Under the pieces are notes generated by a model that saw only the letters and a program-made list of their open reading frames with translations, did not search any database and was not told the DNA's origin. This document shows, one piece after another, positions 13,968 through 29,107 of a stretch of 64,000 bases of DNA (position 1 is the first letter of the stretch; every line of letters starts with the position of its first letter). The stretch covers positions 26,464,001 to 26,528,000 of the forward strand of contig CP068257.2 of assembly GCA_009914755.4 (NCBI GenBank). The letters run 5' to 3'. The DNA is from the human T2T-CHM13v2.0 reference genome, Homo sapiens. The translations under genes were made by a program, and so were the position numbers.

Positions 13968-14865
13968 CATGTAACAAAGAGAAAGACACAGTTGTCTCCA
14001 TGTTCCAGTTGAGCTTGTAACGACAGCCAATCCAGGCACTTTCTCAATGCAACTACATGAGAAATCCCAAGAGAAACAAGCAAAAAAATGAAGCGCATTG
14101 AGAAGAACCGAAGACTTAGCAATAAAGAAACAAGTTAAAGTAGGGAGAAAACAAACAAACAAAAACAAAGGAAACAAGCCATCATTGGAGGCTGAATGCA
14201 TTACTTTCTCAGCCTGATAAAATGTATTTGCAAAAAAAAAAAAAACCTTATGGTGAACATACTTAATGGTGAAAAAGCTCATCCTGCTTAAGATCAGAAA
14301 CAGGGCAATAATGTCCATCTTTAGCATTTTTATTCAGCACTGCACTAAAAGACTTGGCCAGTGGAAGAAGGTAAGAAAAAAATAAATCAAAACAATACAT
14401 ATTTGTTTGCAAATGGCATAATAATTTATATACACAATTTTAAATAATTTGCAAAATATATCTTACAACCCATAAGTAAATTTAATAAGATTACAGGTAT
14501 GTGGTAAATATACAACAGTCATATATTTTAATATAATAATAATAAACAATTACAAAATGAGATACAAAGACACATCTCTTAAAACAATACCGTACTGGGT
14601 TAAATTCTCCCACAAATTCATGTCTTGTGAATGTGATCTTATTCGGAAATAGGTTTTTGGCAGATATAATCAAGTTAAAATATGGTCATGCTAGAGTAGG
14701 GCTCGACCTGATAAAAAGAAAGAAATTTGGATGCAGAGACACCAGCACAGGGAGGGAAGAATACCACGTGAATACGGAGACTGAGATTGGAGGGATGAGT
14801 TGACAAGCCAAGGAAGACAAAGATTGCCAGAAAAAAACAGAAGCCAGTAGAAACGTTATGTTGTT

Positions 14866-15450
14866 TAATTTTTAATTTTCGATTTTTATGGGTACATAGT
14901 AGGTGTATGCATTTATCAGTACCTGAGATATTTTGATACAGACATACAATGTGTAATAATCACATCAGGGTAAATAGGGTACCCGTCACCTCAGGTACTT
15001 ATCATTTTCCTTGTGTTACAAATATTTCAATTATACTGTTTTGGTTATTTTTAAATGTACGATAAATTATTGTTGGCTGTAGCTACCATGTTGTTGTATC
15101 AACAGGTATTAACCCTATAAACCTGTATTTTTGTACCCATTAACCATCCACATTCCCCACTCCCACTATCCTTCCAAGCCTCTGGTAACCATCAATCTAT
15201 TCTCCCTCTCCATGAGTTCAATTGTTTTAATTTTTAGCTCTCGCAAAAAAGTGAGAATATATGAAGTTTGTCTTTCTGTGTATGGCTTATTTCACTTAAC
15301 ATAATGACCTCCAGTTCCATCCATGTTGTTGCAAATGACAGGATTTCATTCTTTCTATTGCTGAATAGTACTCCATTGTGTATCTGTACTGCATTTTATT
15401 TATCCATTCAATTCTTGATAACACTTAGGCTGCTTTCAAATTTTGGAAGC
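14866..15450 (-). mobile_element. LINE-1 3' end (older primate L1 subfamily), covering the 3' UTR and the end of ORF2
   Basis: It matches the reverse complement of the L1 3' terminus ('ttttatgggtacatagtaggtgtatgcatttatcagtacctgagatattttgatacag...') and of the end of ORF2 ('...ctattgctgaatagtactccattgtgtatctgtactgcattttatttatccattc'). Confidence 0.8.
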
Positions 15451-15643
15451 CAAAAGAATTTTTGAGGAAATCAACCAGACAACTGTCAAATTTATACGGA
15501 AACACAAAGGACCTTCAATAGCCAAAATAATTTTTAAAAAGAAAAGATTTTGAGGGCCTACAGGTTATGATTTTAAGATTATAAAGCTGTGTTATAAGAC
15601 AATGCAGCAAAGCATTAGAAAAAAGATGGAACAGGATATAACT

Positions 15644-16021
15644 GTATTAGTCTGTTCCCTCACTACTATAAAGAACTACCTGAAACTGGGTAATTTATAA
15701 AGAAAAGAGATTTCATTTGTTCACAGTTGGGAAGCTGTATGGGAAGCATGTTTGGGGAGACCTCAGGAAACTTTCAACCATGACGGAAGGTGAAGGGCAA
15801 GCAGTCACGTCTTACATGGCCAGAGCAGGAGGAAGAGAGAGTGGGGAGGTGTTACACACTTTTGAACAACCAGATCTCATAACTCACTCGCTGTCATAAC
15901 AACAACACCAAAGGGAAAATCTGTCCCCATGAACCAATCACTCCCCACCAGGCCCCACCTCCAACATTGGGGATTTCAATTTGACATGATTTGGGTGGGG
16001 ACACAGACTCAAACTGTATCA
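15644..16021 (-). mobile_element. THE1/MST-type (ERVL-MaLR) solo LTR nested in L1M
   Basis: It starts 'tgtattagtctgttc' (reverse complement of the THE1 'gactaataca' terminus) and ends '...gggtggggacacagactcaaactgtatca'. The internal motifs 'ctgggtaatttataaagaaaagag', 'ggaaggtgaagggcaagcag' and 'ccaccaggccccacctccaacattgggg' are present. Confidence 0.85.
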
Positions 16022-16341
16022 ACACCCAAACACATATAGTCAATTGCTTTTTTGAAAAAGTTCAAGGACATTTAATGGGGAAAAAAGTATCTTCAATAAA
16101 CTAGTGCTAGGACAACTGAATATCAGCCTAAAAGTTGTGTATCTATTCTTACCTCACCCCATCTACAAAATTAACTCAAAATGGATTATAGATTTAACAT
16201 ATGAGCTGAAATATAAACTTAACAAAAGAAAAGGTAGGCATATATCTTTATCATCTTGTATAGCACTGACCATGCGAGAAAAAAGAATAAATTGACCTTA
16301 TATGGGACTTATATATTCAAATTTTACAAAAGAAAAAACTT

Positions 16342-16767
<426 letters not shown>

Positions 16768-18279
16768 TCAGGTATACAGAAATTATAACTAAAGTGAAAT
16801 ATTACTACACAAACAGAAAATCTCATCAAAACAACTTTTGATGATTTGACATATAACTTTTTTTACTTTAAAATGGTGCAAAAGCAATACACATTCAGTA
16901 GAAAGCAGTAGAAAACCCTCTTGGGATGTTGGACAGTGGCGGGGAGCTAAGGCTTCCAGTCAGCCACAAGATCACCAGAGTAAACAAGAGATACTCTACA
17001 GTTTGCTGTGTTGCCAGATGATTTTGCTCAAGTGTAGAATAATGTAAGTGTTGTGAGCCTGTTTAAGGTAGGCTAGGCTAAGCTATGACGTTTGATAGTT
17101 AAAGTGTATTAAAAATGCATTTTCAACTTGTGATATTTTCAACTTAACAATGGATTTATTGGGGCATAACCCCATCGTGAGTCGGGGAGCATCTAGTACT
17201 AAAATGGCTAAAAGTAAGACCAACAATATCAGGTGTTAGAACGGAGAGCAACAGGAAAACACCACCAAAGAACTACCTGAAACTGGGTAATTTATAAAGA
17301 AAAGTTATTTATAACTCATAAACTGCTGATACATATAAAATATATAAAATGAAACAACTAATTTGCAAAAGACATTGTGGTATAATCACACAACCCTAGT
17401 TGGAAATAAAAGATATGAATTACTGATACCCCAAATGACACAGAGAAATCTCAAAAGCACCACGCTGAACAAAAGGAGTCAGACACAAGAGCACACATCT
17501 ATTTGAATCCATTTACGTGACATCTAGGACAGGCAGAACACCAGTCGACAATGACTGAATTCATATCCATTGGTGCCTGTGTTGAGGACTGGGGAAGATT
17601 GTCTACAGAAGAGCATAAAGGAACACTTTGAGAAGATAAAAATGATCTAATTTTCAATTGTGGTGGTTGCATTGATATGTACAGTTAGCAAAACTTATCA
17701 AAGTGTACTCTTAATGTGGTCATTTAATTATATGTAAATCATACCTCAATAAAAGTCAATTTCCTTCAAAAATACCACAAAAAGATACCACCAACAGGGA
17801 GTAGAATGACTAAAATTTGTTAAAGATTTACCATAAGTCCTTTCTGTTGGAGATTATGTGCAGTAACAAGAAACTTTTGTATATTTTGACTGAAGGTATA
17901 AATAGCACAGCTACTTTGGAAAACAACTGTTCTATTTAAAACAGTTTACATAATGTTAAAAATAAAAATATCACATGACTCAGTAATATCATTCTGATAA
18001 GAAAAATAAAAATGTATCTATCATAAGATCTGTACAAAAATGTTCATAACATTTCAAATATCCCCAAACTGAACACCCTAAATGTCCATTAACAGCTAAA
18101 GAGATAAAGAAATTATACTATATTCACATAATGGAATATTACTGAACTATAAGAAAAAACTCCTGATATATGCAATTGATTCATAGAGGAATCTTAAAAC
18201 ATTATGCTGAGGAAAAGGAGCCAAACACATAAGCATACAAATTAAATGATTCATATATATATATAACTCTAAAACATAA

Positions 18280-18642
<363 letters not shown>

Positions 18643-19682
18643 TAACGGTTTCATTTTTAATTGTCAAAACTAGAAAACAACCAAGATTTCCTTCAGTGGA
18701 GGAACGGAGAAATAAACAATGGTATATCCAGACAATGAACTATTATTCAACTTAGGGGAAAGAAGACGCTATCAAGCAAAAAATAAAAAATAAATGGAGG
18801 AAGCTTAATGCATATTACTGAGTGGAAAAATCCTATCTGAAAATACTATTAATACATACTGTATCATTCCAAATATACAACACTCTGAAAAAAAAAACAA
18901 AACTATGGTGCAGTAAAAGGATCTGTGCCAGGGATGAGTAGAGAAAAGAGATGAATAAAAAGAGGTGAATAAGCAGAACAGAGTTTTATGGCAGTTAAAC
19001 TACTCGAAACGATACTTCAATGGTAGATACGTCTCCCTGTATATTTGTCAAAAGCCATATAATATATAAACCAAGAGTGAACCCTAATGTAAACCCTGAA
19101 TTTGGATGATATGATTTGTCAAGTTAGATGCATCAATTGTAATAAATGTACCACAGTGGTAGGGTATATTGATAATGGAAGAGGCTATGCTTATTTGGGG
19201 GCAGGGGATATGTGAGAACTCCCTGTACTTACTGCTTAATATCGTTGTGAAACTAAAACTGTTAAAAAAAAAAAAAAAAGCCTATTTAAAAGGGGAAAAA
19301 TCATTTTACGGTTGCCTGACAGAAAGCATTAGTCTTTTCTACAGAGTCATGAATGACACTTTTGGGATTATGGGAATGTTCTAAATGATTAGGGTAGTGG
19401 TTACGTGAGTGCATATATTTTTTAAAATTTACACAACCATACACTCAAAATGGATGAATTTTAATTACACTTCAATAAATTTGATTAGAAATAATTTCAA
19501 AGGCATATTTTAGCAGAGGGGGGCATTAGGTAGACTTGGTAATTGTTGACTTAGAAAAAAAAGATGTATTTGGAAATAGCAAGAATACAAAGCTCACAAG
19601 CTGTTCGTGGTATTGGCAGCACTCTTATCCCCAATGAATGACCCTCCCTTACGCATGCACTTCGGGCTATATCTTTCTTTAA

Positions 19683-19905
19683 ATTTTCATCTTTTGTGGG
19701 TACATAGTAGGTGTACATATTTATGGGAGACTTGAAATATTTTGATACAGGCATACAATGTATAATAATCCCATCGAGTTAAATGGGAGTATCCATCACC
19801 TCAAGGACTTATCCTTTCTTTGTGTTACAAACAATCCCATTATACACGGTTAGTTATTTTAAAATATACAACACATTATTGTTGACTGTAGTTTGAATGA
19901 GATCT
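19683..19905 (-). mobile_element. LINE-1 3'-end fragment
   Basis: It reads 'tttgtgggtacatagtaggtgtacatatttatgggagacttgaaatattttgatacaggcatacaatgtataataatcccatc', the reverse complement of the L1 3' UTR. Confidence 0.75.
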
Positions 19906-22900
19906 TTGGGCCATATCTTTGTAGTGCTCGTCCACTTCATTTGACCCATGTTAAGACAGTCAATGTAATGTAAAGTTGAGGTTTGCATTACATTTCTGCT
20001 CTGGCACTCTTATTTGGCTGCACTTACTCACTCCAATGACTCTGCACTCAACAAAAAGAAATTCATTAGGCTGGAATTCTGTATAGAAGGGAGACAGGCC
20101 TGAGAGAGCTCCCTTTTCCTAGCCATCCTAGATAAGTCATTTGCAGATCATCCCCTAGCCATTTAACACATTCACATGTGAGGAAAAGATTTCCCCAGCA
20201 GAGTCCAGCCTAAATGTTGATCCACAGTGAATTCACTTTTAGGATGGTTTTTATGGTCTATGGAGTACTTCATATCAAAAATAATTTTTAACTAAAATGA
20301 TTTTTATGTAATTTATACTTTCTCCTAGTAAACATATTTTGACATTATAATTTAAAAGAGATGGACTCAAGTGTTTAATGGGCCAAGATTTTCCTATATA
20401 GGTTAGAAATTTAGGGTTAGAAAAGACTGTTTTAAGCCACGAAGTTAAATTTTTGAATAAATTAATACCAACTGTGACTCATATTGTTGGTGTATTTTGC
20501 TTTACATCAATAAGTTGGTAGTAGATGTATGTGGAGTTAAGTCGTGGATGATTCTTCGGTTTAAATTATTTTCTTGTTTCTGTGGGATCCCATGACTTTC
20601 CAGACATCACTCACCTCTATTATCTTTATTTATATTTTTTTTTTGGCTTATTTCAAAGTAAAATGGTTATTTCTTACCCTAGTTGTTTCCCTCCCTCTCT
20701 TGATTTCTATTCCCTGGCCATGCTTTCACCTGATGAAACATGGTCCAGGGCTAGGCAAAATTCTGTGAAAAACAGTATTTGGTGTAATGATATTTCCCTT
20801 GAATTTTAGATTTCTAAGTAGAGAGCCTTGTTGTTAATATCTTCTTCCAGTGGAATCCATTAGACTAAGAAGTAATTATACCTTATAAAATAAAAATACT
20901 ATCAAGTTCAAACCAATTTTTTTTTCTATTTTTTGATAAGAGGAAAAAGGGGGGCAGGCATTATTTTTAACCTGCTTTTATTATGAAATACTCAAAGCAT
21001 AATAGCTGATGTGCCAAATAAAGTCTTTGGCAGATGATTATTAAAAGCACATGGATTCAAAGGGCTTGTAGGAGTGGAAAAATGACAAGTCAATATCAGA
21101 TACATCATCTTCTTATGTACTTTACTCATTTCTATTACCCGGAATCATTAAGGATAGTATTCTTAAATGTCATGCTGCAAATTAAATTTTATCATAAACC
21201 TGATTTTAAGCCTTTAGTATTAGAAGGAAAAGCAAAAACTATTATTTTCTGACCACAATACTGAATACAAGTATTACCATTATTATTAACATATGTAGTG
21301 GTGATTGAGAAATTTTAAAATTAGTTTTTTGTAGTAAGCTACGCTTTTGATTTCTCAAGTATTTTCTACTGCTTCATGATTTAAATATTTGCTCTTCTTT
21401 AAAACACCCACTTAAAAAAAGTTACCACTTCTAGAAATGTTTAACTTCAAGTTTGTCACTTTTAATACTTGCCCATACCAATCAAACTTAGATTTCCTAT
21501 CTGGCCTACTATTCCTCCAAAAAAACAGGGTATAATAAGAAGTGGTTGTTTCTTCTGACTGAAATTGAACATAGTATACAATACAGTATCCATTGCTCAC
21601 CAATATAACCAAAGCAGAAGTAACCACAAGCTACCTGGGCCCTTCTTGTTGGCCTGTCAGAATATATGTTACTACCATCCCACAAACCACCATATAAACT
21701 AACTTCAGCATAGTAATAAAGTCAACCAATTCTGGTCATCTGAAAGGCTTTGACCCTAATCCTGATCATGCCAGGGGAAGGGATGGATGGTAAGGTAACA
21801 AGAGCAGAGGTTTGTTTCTGTCATATCAAATGGCTGTTAGAGAAAAAGTTAGGTTCTTCTGTAATCTTGAAGCTTAGAAGCTCCACAGCTTGAGGGCTGC
21901 ACTCTTCTCCCAGAGCCTTTCATCCTACCCTGCCAGATCTCCTACAGCACTGGAATGAGTGTGGAGCTTGTGAGTTTTACCCAGTGAATGCTGCACTAAG
22001 AACCTGGGGTGGAAGAAAGGTGCTACTTAACCATTCATTGCTCTGATTTGTATGACTTATTGTTTATTACATATGTTTCATTTTTTATTGATTTCATAAT
22101 GAAAGCTTACCTTAAAATTTATACTCCTCCCATCCATTTTTCTTCACTTTTCTTTTTTTCTATTCTATATATTTAACCTCATCTTTTTTCAAATTGTGAG
22201 TATTTTAAACAAAGAGTTATGTATGAATGAGAGAAAATGTGAGAAAGAGCCATGAAACTACAGATACTATAAATTTCCATTAAAAATAAAATATTTTATT
22301 AGTTTTATTCTGGTGTTGTATTGTAGTTTTACTGTAATAAAACCATATTATCAGCAACATCCAATAGCATTAGAATAACTTAAGCCTGCAAAGATAGAAA
22401 ATATAGAGCACAAATATTCCACGGTGTTTAATAAATTATTCCAACCATCCATGTTTAAGCCAATGTTATTTTAATAAGAAATTTTCAGATCAGCTATTTA
22501 CAAAGCATAAACTATTCCCATCACTTTTATTCCACGAATTGACCTTCACAGTACAGAGCCATTTCCACATTCTTTTATTTCTCTTGGAAAATATATAGTG
22601 ATTATCAAGGTAGTTACTGCAAGAGTAAAAGATGAGAAAGTTACTTGAATATTACAAAAATAAAGTATCAATACATAGTATATGTAAGTTATTCTTATAA
22701 CAAGCACACGTAACTTTGACAAATGAATCTCAAAATTGTCAATGGAAATAAATTTACATCAGGTGTCCTTTTTCAATAAATTATTTCAGGAACGTGAACT
22801 ATTGTATTAAAGAGTATATTAATTCATCCTTTTTTGTCATTGCTTTTCCATGTTTTTATTGCTCTACCTTTCTTTGAGAGGCTAATATATAGAAATTGGA

Positions 22901-24794
22901 AGCTATTTTCCAATGGGCAGCATCAAATATCTTGGCTTATTTGCTGTTGGCATGGGGCTGGTCACATGTTCATGTTTTTCTTGGACTATTCAGCTGCCCC
23001 TCCAGCTTTGTGCAACATTGTTTTCCATGAATGAGCTTTGATTAAGATAATTTCATAGTTTAAACTATTATGTTGGAGAATTAACTTGTAACAATTTTAA
23101 CATAAAATGATTTATTATAATCTCAGGATTGGGTATTGGTCGAGGTTTCTATGTCATCTCCAATTGATTGTAGAGATCAATCATAAAGAATGTAGGGGAC
23201 AAGCAATAGTTTCCTTCCTCGACTATGACCCTTCCTGTCACTAGAAAAGATGGTCAAGGGGAAAGATTTAACAGAATAAACAGCATAGAATAATCCTAGA
23301 GTATTTTGATTTAAATTTTTTATAGTAAAAATAAACAAATGTAGAAATGTGTATTTCTAGATTTGCACAAAAGAACAAACAAAATTTATATAAACGCCTA
23401 CAACAATAACATTATTTGCTTATATTATATCTAGCTAGGAATTCATAATGAGTCTTAAGAATCTTTTTTCCAAACACTGATATTCTAACTCTGTAAATCT
23501 TGATTTTGTTTAAAATTTCAAGGAACAGTTTGGATATTTTCGTACTTACACACATACTTGTGTGTGTGAAATAAAATAGTTTAAATTTTTATCTCACACA
23601 TGCACATACACAAATGGATCATGTCAAGCTTTGTCTTAGAGAGAAGGAAAGGGAGAAGTGAAGAGAATATGAATAAAACTTTCTAGTTCTCTTTTGATTG
23701 GAGGAGTTGTTTTAATCAATGACTTCCTAGAGTTCCACTTACCAATTTAATAAGGTCAATACTTAATAAAGATAATTAAATATTCCATTAAAATATTAAA
23801 ATAATTTGGGCGATAGTATTTCCTACTTTTCAAATTTGGCTAGAGTATACTTCATTATAAAATAATGATTGATAAGCAACAACATCACAAGTGTGGTATA
23901 TTGAAACTGCCTACATCAAAGAAATAGAAGATTTATATGATGACTTTATGACTTAAAACAAATTCCTAGTTATAATTTGAAAGAGAAAAAATTACGTTCA
24001 TTTGAATTAATAATTAATTACTATTATGATTAATCCATCTGTAATTGAAGTCAAGGAGAAGGGAAACTTGAATTACTAAAAGTCAAAATATTAGAATCGC
24101 CATAACAAAATATATTTTAACAATATGCCATACTGATTTTAATTATATCAATACATATTTTTCTATCAGAAGTCCTAAGAAATGTCTTCGTATCACTGAA
24201 TTGCATTTTATTTCTAAGTACTAGCAGTTGTTTGCAAAATTTGTCCTATTCAGATTTTAAATTCCCCCTGTAGTCTTTCTTTCCCTAATGACTTAGGCAT
24301 ATACTAAATGTGCTATACATATACTGAAATGCCTTCATAATTCAAAATATGCATTATGAATCTCAACTATTAAAGTGTGTTTAATGTACACATAAATTCT
24401 CAAGGACTACTGAAATATGTGAAGTTATTTGATCCTCTAATAAGTATACGAAATCTCCATGTTTTGTAGTGTATCTGTTTTCTGTTTTATCGGTCAATTC
24501 TTAACCGTCCATTGGTCTGTTTTTTATAACCTGCCCTTTTTTGAAAAAGAAACAAAAAAGCCATGTTGGCTCAGTGAATTCTAATTTTATAGATTATATT
24601 AAGACAGTAGAGACTGAGGGAGCCTTCTTTCTTTATAGACTAACGCAATGTAATAAAAGAATCTGGAAGATCACTAACTTGCTCTGTGATCCAGACAAAG
24701 TTATTTAATCTACATGGCTTTGTTTTTTTATTGTAAAATAAATAGTTCTAACCAATAATGTCTCTAAAGTACCCTCTTTAACATAAAATTTTAT

Positions 24795-24895
24795 GATCAA
24801 ACTTTATTTTTCATTTTTTTATTTGTATAGATTTAAGGGATACACGTGCATTTTTGTAACATGGATATATTGCATAGTGGTGAAGTCTAGAAGTG
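24795..24895 (-). mobile_element. Short LINE-1 3'-end fragment
   Basis: It reads 'tatttgtatagatttaagggatacacgtgcatttttgtaacatggatatattgcatagtggtg', the reverse complement of the L1 3' terminus. Confidence 0.6.
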
Positions 24896-25139
24896 ATATA
24901 AATGTTAATCAGAATTAATACATATTTTTGCTCCTTTGAGGGAGTTAAAAAATGAATTAATTTACATATTTTAAAACAATGAGTGCAGAAACAAACAATA
25001 ATTTGTATAGTTTACTAATTAATGTAAACTTAAAAAGGTAATATAAAAAAGCATTCCCAACTTAAGAGATCATCTGATGATAGTCACTATTTCAAATAAT
25101 TTTGCTATGTTTTTTAGTTTCTTCTTTTAAAAGAAAATT

Positions 25140-25570
25140 ATTTTTATGAGTACATAGTAAGTGTATATATTAATGGGGGCATGAGATATTTTGCTACAGG
25201 CATGCAATGTGTATTAATCACATCATGGTAAATAGGGTTTCCATAACCTCAAGCATTCATCATTTCTTTGTGTTACAAACATTCCAATTGTAGTCCCTGA
25301 GTTATTCCAAAATGTACAACAAACTATTGCTAACTTTAGTCATCCTGTTGTGCTTTCAAATATTAGATCTTATTCATTGTATCTAACTGTATTTCTAACC
25401 ATTAACTATCTCCATTTTCCACCCCAACTTCCCACTATTCTTTTCAGCCTCTGGTAACCATGATTTTGCTATTTAGATACACTATTCATCTTTGCCAACT
25501 CACTCATGCTGGAGCTCTATTTATACTCCCAAACATAGTTTATCCAATAACAGCAAAATGTCATTTAGTT
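25140..25570 (-). mobile_element. LINE-1 3' end (older primate subfamily)
   Basis: It reads 'tttttatgagtacatagtaagtgtatatattaatgggggcatgagatattttgctacaggcatgcaatgtgtattaatcacatc...ttccaccccaacttcccactattcttttcagcctctggtaacc'. It is a near-copy of the L1 segment at 14866-15240. Confidence 0.8.
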
Positions 25571-26176
25571 GTTGAACTACCCAATCCCCACATAAATTTT
25601 TGTCAAAGTTGCATTTTTAAAAGTGATTGACCATTGATTTTTTTTTCAAATATTTTCTTCACTTGGATCACAAGCAACAACCAGCCAGTGGAAAGTTTTG
25701 CAAAATTCTTGGCTTTCTGTACCAACCTAAGAGCAGATGGATATTTCCCCACTACAGATGAAACAAATGTTTCTTTTTGGATAGGTTTTCCCATTAAACA
25801 AACTTTTGCCATTGAAATCTATGTTTAGATTTGGTCCGTTGGGACATCACAAAGTTAAATAGATGCTTGCTGAAATATGTTTCATTTTTGCTGACTCAGA
25901 AACATGTTAATTGTTCTGTGAATTTAGTAACAATCAACAAGTATTATTTTAAAATAATTACTTTGTCAAAAGATGATACTTCTGATGTTTGATTAGTTTT
26001 GGCATATGAGGTAGGCTTCAATCTTACTGAAATTACTTAAGCTATCTGCATTTCTTTTCCCTGAATATGAATGAGTCTTTTCAACGTTTTTGGTGATGAA
26101 CAGGATCACACTCTGCTCAAATCTGTTCAAAGAGAAGTCCAAGACTAGCAAAACACGTAACTGTTACTTAATTTAA

Positions 26177-26206
26177 AAGGCAAAACAAAACAAAACAAAA
26201 CAAAAT
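26177..26206. repeat. (AAAAC)6 pentanucleotide microsatellite
   Basis: The run reads 'aaaacaaaacaaaacaaaacaaaacaaaa'. Confidence 0.9.
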
Positions 26207-27749
26207 CTTTCAAAAGTTCACACCTATATTTATTTTGGGCAATTTGCCCCTTCTTGACCTCAGTTTCCTGTGTGTAAAATGATGAGTTTGCATTAAATGA
26301 TTTGCAAAGTCTCTCCAGCCCTTAATTTCTAGGACTCTGTGACCCCATTTACAAGCCTCACTAAGCTAATCTACCACAGATGTATTCTTACTCACTTTCA
26401 GTGCCAATAAACATTAGCATTGGGAAACAGCTAATAACAAGCTAATGTTTCTGATGGTGCAAACAGAGATTGATATAAATGAAAGCACAGTTTGGTTCTC
26501 ACTAGATAGAACTGAATTTGTTTAGTCATTCTTTTTGTTACCCATTACATATAAAGTTGGAATTCCCACCTAAGTTCAGTGTATTATGCCTGTTCTCTTT
26601 TCCATCTCCACTTTACTTTTGATTGTCTATCATATTCTGTAGATTCAAATGAGTTGAGAAAAGTACTGGTTTAAGGAAAGAATCATTTGTTCTTGTCCAC
26701 ACCTCATATCTTCTCTTTTCCCGTACCCAAATGCTCTGATGCCCCATGTATGGTTATAAGGCATATGCTTCTTAGAAGTCAATGTGGTTACAAGTTAAGA
26801 ATGAAATGACACATGGCTAACCCTGCTTTTGCATTTTGCCTTCAACATATCCATTCTCTCCTTCTCCTTTGTCAGTAAACCTCATCAGACAAAAATATTT
26901 CCAATCTCAGAAAATTAAATCAGTCAAGATAATGCTTTCTCTTTCCAGAAACTATGAAATGTGCCCATCTCTCTTGCTCTGTGACTTAGTTATAGACAAT
27001 AAGAGTAACAGGTAAGTCTGCTGAAGAACTGTGGGGCTGGCTTTACCTTCCCTAATGAAGGGAACCTTGATATACACCCCACTGACTTCTCCCTTCTCGT
27101 TTTGATACCTATAGTTGTAGTCACCATCTTGTGATCATAAAGAAAGGCCAAGAGAAAAATAGATGTAAAGAAGGCCTCACGCCATTGAATAGCTGAACCA
27201 AAATTACAACAACCATTCATATCTAAACTTTTCTTCATATCAGAGAAAATCAAGACATTTGTTTGTAGAAGATGCAGTGCTGGACGTCCTAGATATCCCC
27301 ATCAGGATTGAGATAGTTATTCTCCCAGCCGCTATGAAGATTATGTGTTGATATCTCTCAGAGGTCAAGACCTCCTCCAGAATTATTATCAGCTGAGGAA
27401 TGCTTCCCCATCTAAGGAGATGTGTCCTTCTTGGGGAAACCCACATCTAATGACTATTTGGTAGGGAAATATAACAATCTGAGTGACTCTCCTCAAAACA
27501 GGATAACTCTGAAGGGCCCTCTCTTCTGTGAGGCATCCCTCAAACTTGGCTGGTCCTTGTTATAGATAAAACTCACTCCAACTTTCCTTCTACCCAGAGT
27601 TCTGCTTCCTTAATTTCCCCTAAGGTGAAGCTTCTGAGAACACTCCCTGTGAAAAATTCTAACACTAGTCTCTGTCTCACAGCTTCTGACAGAAAGCAAA
27701 TTACAATATTGTATAATGTACTTTTAGATTTTCTGTTATTTGTGGCCAA

Positions 27750-28027
<278 letters not shown>

Positions 28028-28429
28028 CAAAATTATTCCTAACTTGCACGTAAGTATACAAGCAAATTGGGAGACTGGTAAAACTAACTGGCAGACTCCC
28101 ACAAAAGAGACTTTGTAGTGTGATGAAAACACATGATCTTTCCTGAAGGTTGGGTTCAAATCCAGGCCTAGTCGCTTGCCAGCAAGGTAAAGTTAAGCAA
28201 AATATATAAGCCTATTTTAGTCTTGTTTTCCTTAAGTGTTAAGAGAACTAATAATACTTTCATTATTTATTTAATTTTATAATTTCTGGTGACTAATAAG
28301 GAGGTAATATACAATGCATCCAACACATACAATCATTTGTTGAAAATTCTTTGTGAGGACTCAAAAAAGTAACACATAAATAGCATCTAACACGTATAGT
28401 TTCCACTCTATAAATAGTAGCTATGCTAG

Positions 28430-28731
<302 letters not shown>

Positions 28732-29107
28732 ACTAGTGTATTAATTTTAAAATTGTATTTATGAATGACACAAGTCTAAAAATATATTTCCAGATTTGAG
28801 TACCTAATAGTCTATTATATAAATAGCTGGTTTGCATTTATTATCTTTCATATTTCCACTTCATTTAAAAAGTACATACATGTGACCCAGGGTAGCCACT
28901 GGGATTTATGAAGAGGCAAAAGTGGGGAGATTTGAGAATTTAGGAATGTCAGGAGTGGGCATACACAGAGCTATCTCTGGGCACCCTCACCCACTTTGCA
29001 CAGGCTTTTGCACAGTGGATGATTGTGCTCCTGGAAGAGATCCAGGGAGCACAAAGTACGAGACCTGCTTCTGCCCAAGAGGATCAGAAACTGAGACCTA
29101 TGTGGGT